A stretch of DNA of 64,000 nucleotides from the human T2T-CHM13v2.0 reference genome, Homo sapiens, in the NCBI RefSeq assembly GCF_009914755.1, contig NC_060934.1. One strand, given 5' to 3'. Positions 62,290 through 64,000 of this stretch are shown here, piece by piece; the stretch's first letter is position 1, and every line of letters starts with the position of its first letter. The notes beneath the pieces are model-generated. The model did no database searches and had not been told where the DNA came from. It saw only the letters and a program-made list of their open reading frames with translations. A program made the translations under genes and the position numbers.

Positions 62290-62873
62290 GCTGAGACCAT
62301 AGAGCTTCGATCTCCTAGTCTATTTGTTGGAAATAATTCATTTTATATGCATACATAGATATACATACATATACAAATACACACACATCTAATGAGCACC
62401 TACTCTGTGTCAGGCACAGTGAGGGGTGTGTGAGGTATACAGGCATGACAAGGCCCTGTCCCCGTGGAGCACTGGCTAGTCAGGGAGCCTATCATAAAAT
62501 ACTGGCATAATGATTTCACTGCCATTGTGATAAGGGCCACAAAGAGACTTACAAAGGGAGAAGAGAGTATGTCGCAGGGTTCCTGACCTGGGCTGCAAGA
62601 CCAGGGCCAGCCTTCCTGAGGAACGGACATAGAAGGAGGCAGAGAGTGATGCAGGCAAAGAACTGGGGGCATCCCCGGCTGAAGAACCAGCAAGTCTGAG
62701 CAGACCCTGAAGAAGGAGTAACCTGTGCTGGGCCTGCCCCAAAGGCTTCTGTGAGGATGACCAAGGGAGGTGACAGCCAGCAGAAACACAGTTTCTGTAA
62801 ACTGTAGAGTGTTATTCAAATGTGACCTATTATTTAAAACAATGAATATAAACATGCCTTAAAGGTGAGCTTA

Positions 62874-63231
<358 letters not shown>

Positions 63232-63654
63232 CTAGGTTCTGGGAATACAGCAGTCAGTAAGACAGACCCTCTGTCCTCCATAAACACAGAGAATGGTGAC
63301 TTCAGACAGCGGTAAATGCTATGGTGAAACAGAAAATTTGGCAGAGGAATAGAGAATAATGGAGGCAGGGAAGATTCTAGACAGGAAGGCAGGGCTCTCT
63401 AAGGGGGTGAAAACCAGATCTGAACAAACTACCTGTCACCCTCTGACAATGTGACCTTGGATACATCACCTAATCTTTCAAGACTCTCCTTTCACCTCAT
63501 CTCACAGGACTCACCTGAGAATTAAATGAGATAAGAAATGGAAGCCCTCCTAATACAGGTTAGCGTGAATAATGTTAAACAGTGAATATTTAATAAATGC
63601 TAAATAATCGAGTGCTTTAATCAAGAACGAAAGTCAGAAGTTTTTTTTAACAGT

Positions 63655-64000
63655 CCGGGTGCAGTGGCTCATGCTTGTAATCCCAGCACTTTGGGAGACC
63701 AAGGCAGGTGGATCACTTGAGGTCAGGAGCTTGAGACCAGTCTGGCCAACATGGTGAAAACCCATCTCTACCAAAAATACAAAAAAGTTAGTGGGGTGTG
63801 GTGGTGCATACCTGTAATCCCAGACACTCAGGAGGCTGTGGTGGGAGGATTGCTTGAATCTGGGAGGTAGAGGTTGCAATGAACCGGGATGGTGCCTCTG
63901 CAACCTCTGCCTCCCGGGTTCAAGCGATTCTCCTGCCTCAGCCTCCTAAGTAGCTGGGATTACAGGCACATGCCACCACACCCAACTAATTTTTGTATTT
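63655..64000. mobile_element. Plus-strand Alu fused directly to a minus-strand Alu (tail-less junction ~63899)
   Basis: ...gggatggtgcctc|tgcaacctctgcctcccgggttcaagc... Confidence 0.88.

Overview
Human (primate) genomic DNA, about 40% GC and Alu-rich. It contains the 5' half of FBXW4 (dactylin, the 10q24 SHFM3 locus) on the minus strand. A CpG-island promoter and exon 1 lie at about 29.1-30.6 kb. Coding exons 2-5 are at 11340-11435, 8487-8672, 7914-8046 and 2885-2979, and intron 5 runs off the left edge. From known gene order, the right half (31-64 kb) is intergenic DNA toward FGF8, which is not in the window; it is packed with Alu, L1 and DNA-transposon relics. Nearly all other ORFs in the track are Alu/L1 or GC-rich shadow frames. 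Main observations: (1) exons 2-5 total 510 nt, would back-splice in frame with no stop codon, and are bracketed by inverted AluY elements; (2) intron 2 has a GC donor plus a compensating +4/+4 GT-AG alternative; (3) exon 1 has a complex set of in-frame and out-of-frame ATGs; (4) four perfect TCF/LEF sites cluster at 43.3-43.7 kb, alongside other enhancer-like repeat-free islands; (5) several Alu junctions have unusual structure. No prokaryotic-type system (CRISPR, operon) is present, and no entirely new gene can be supported. Repeat coordinates and subfamily calls are by eye and approximate.
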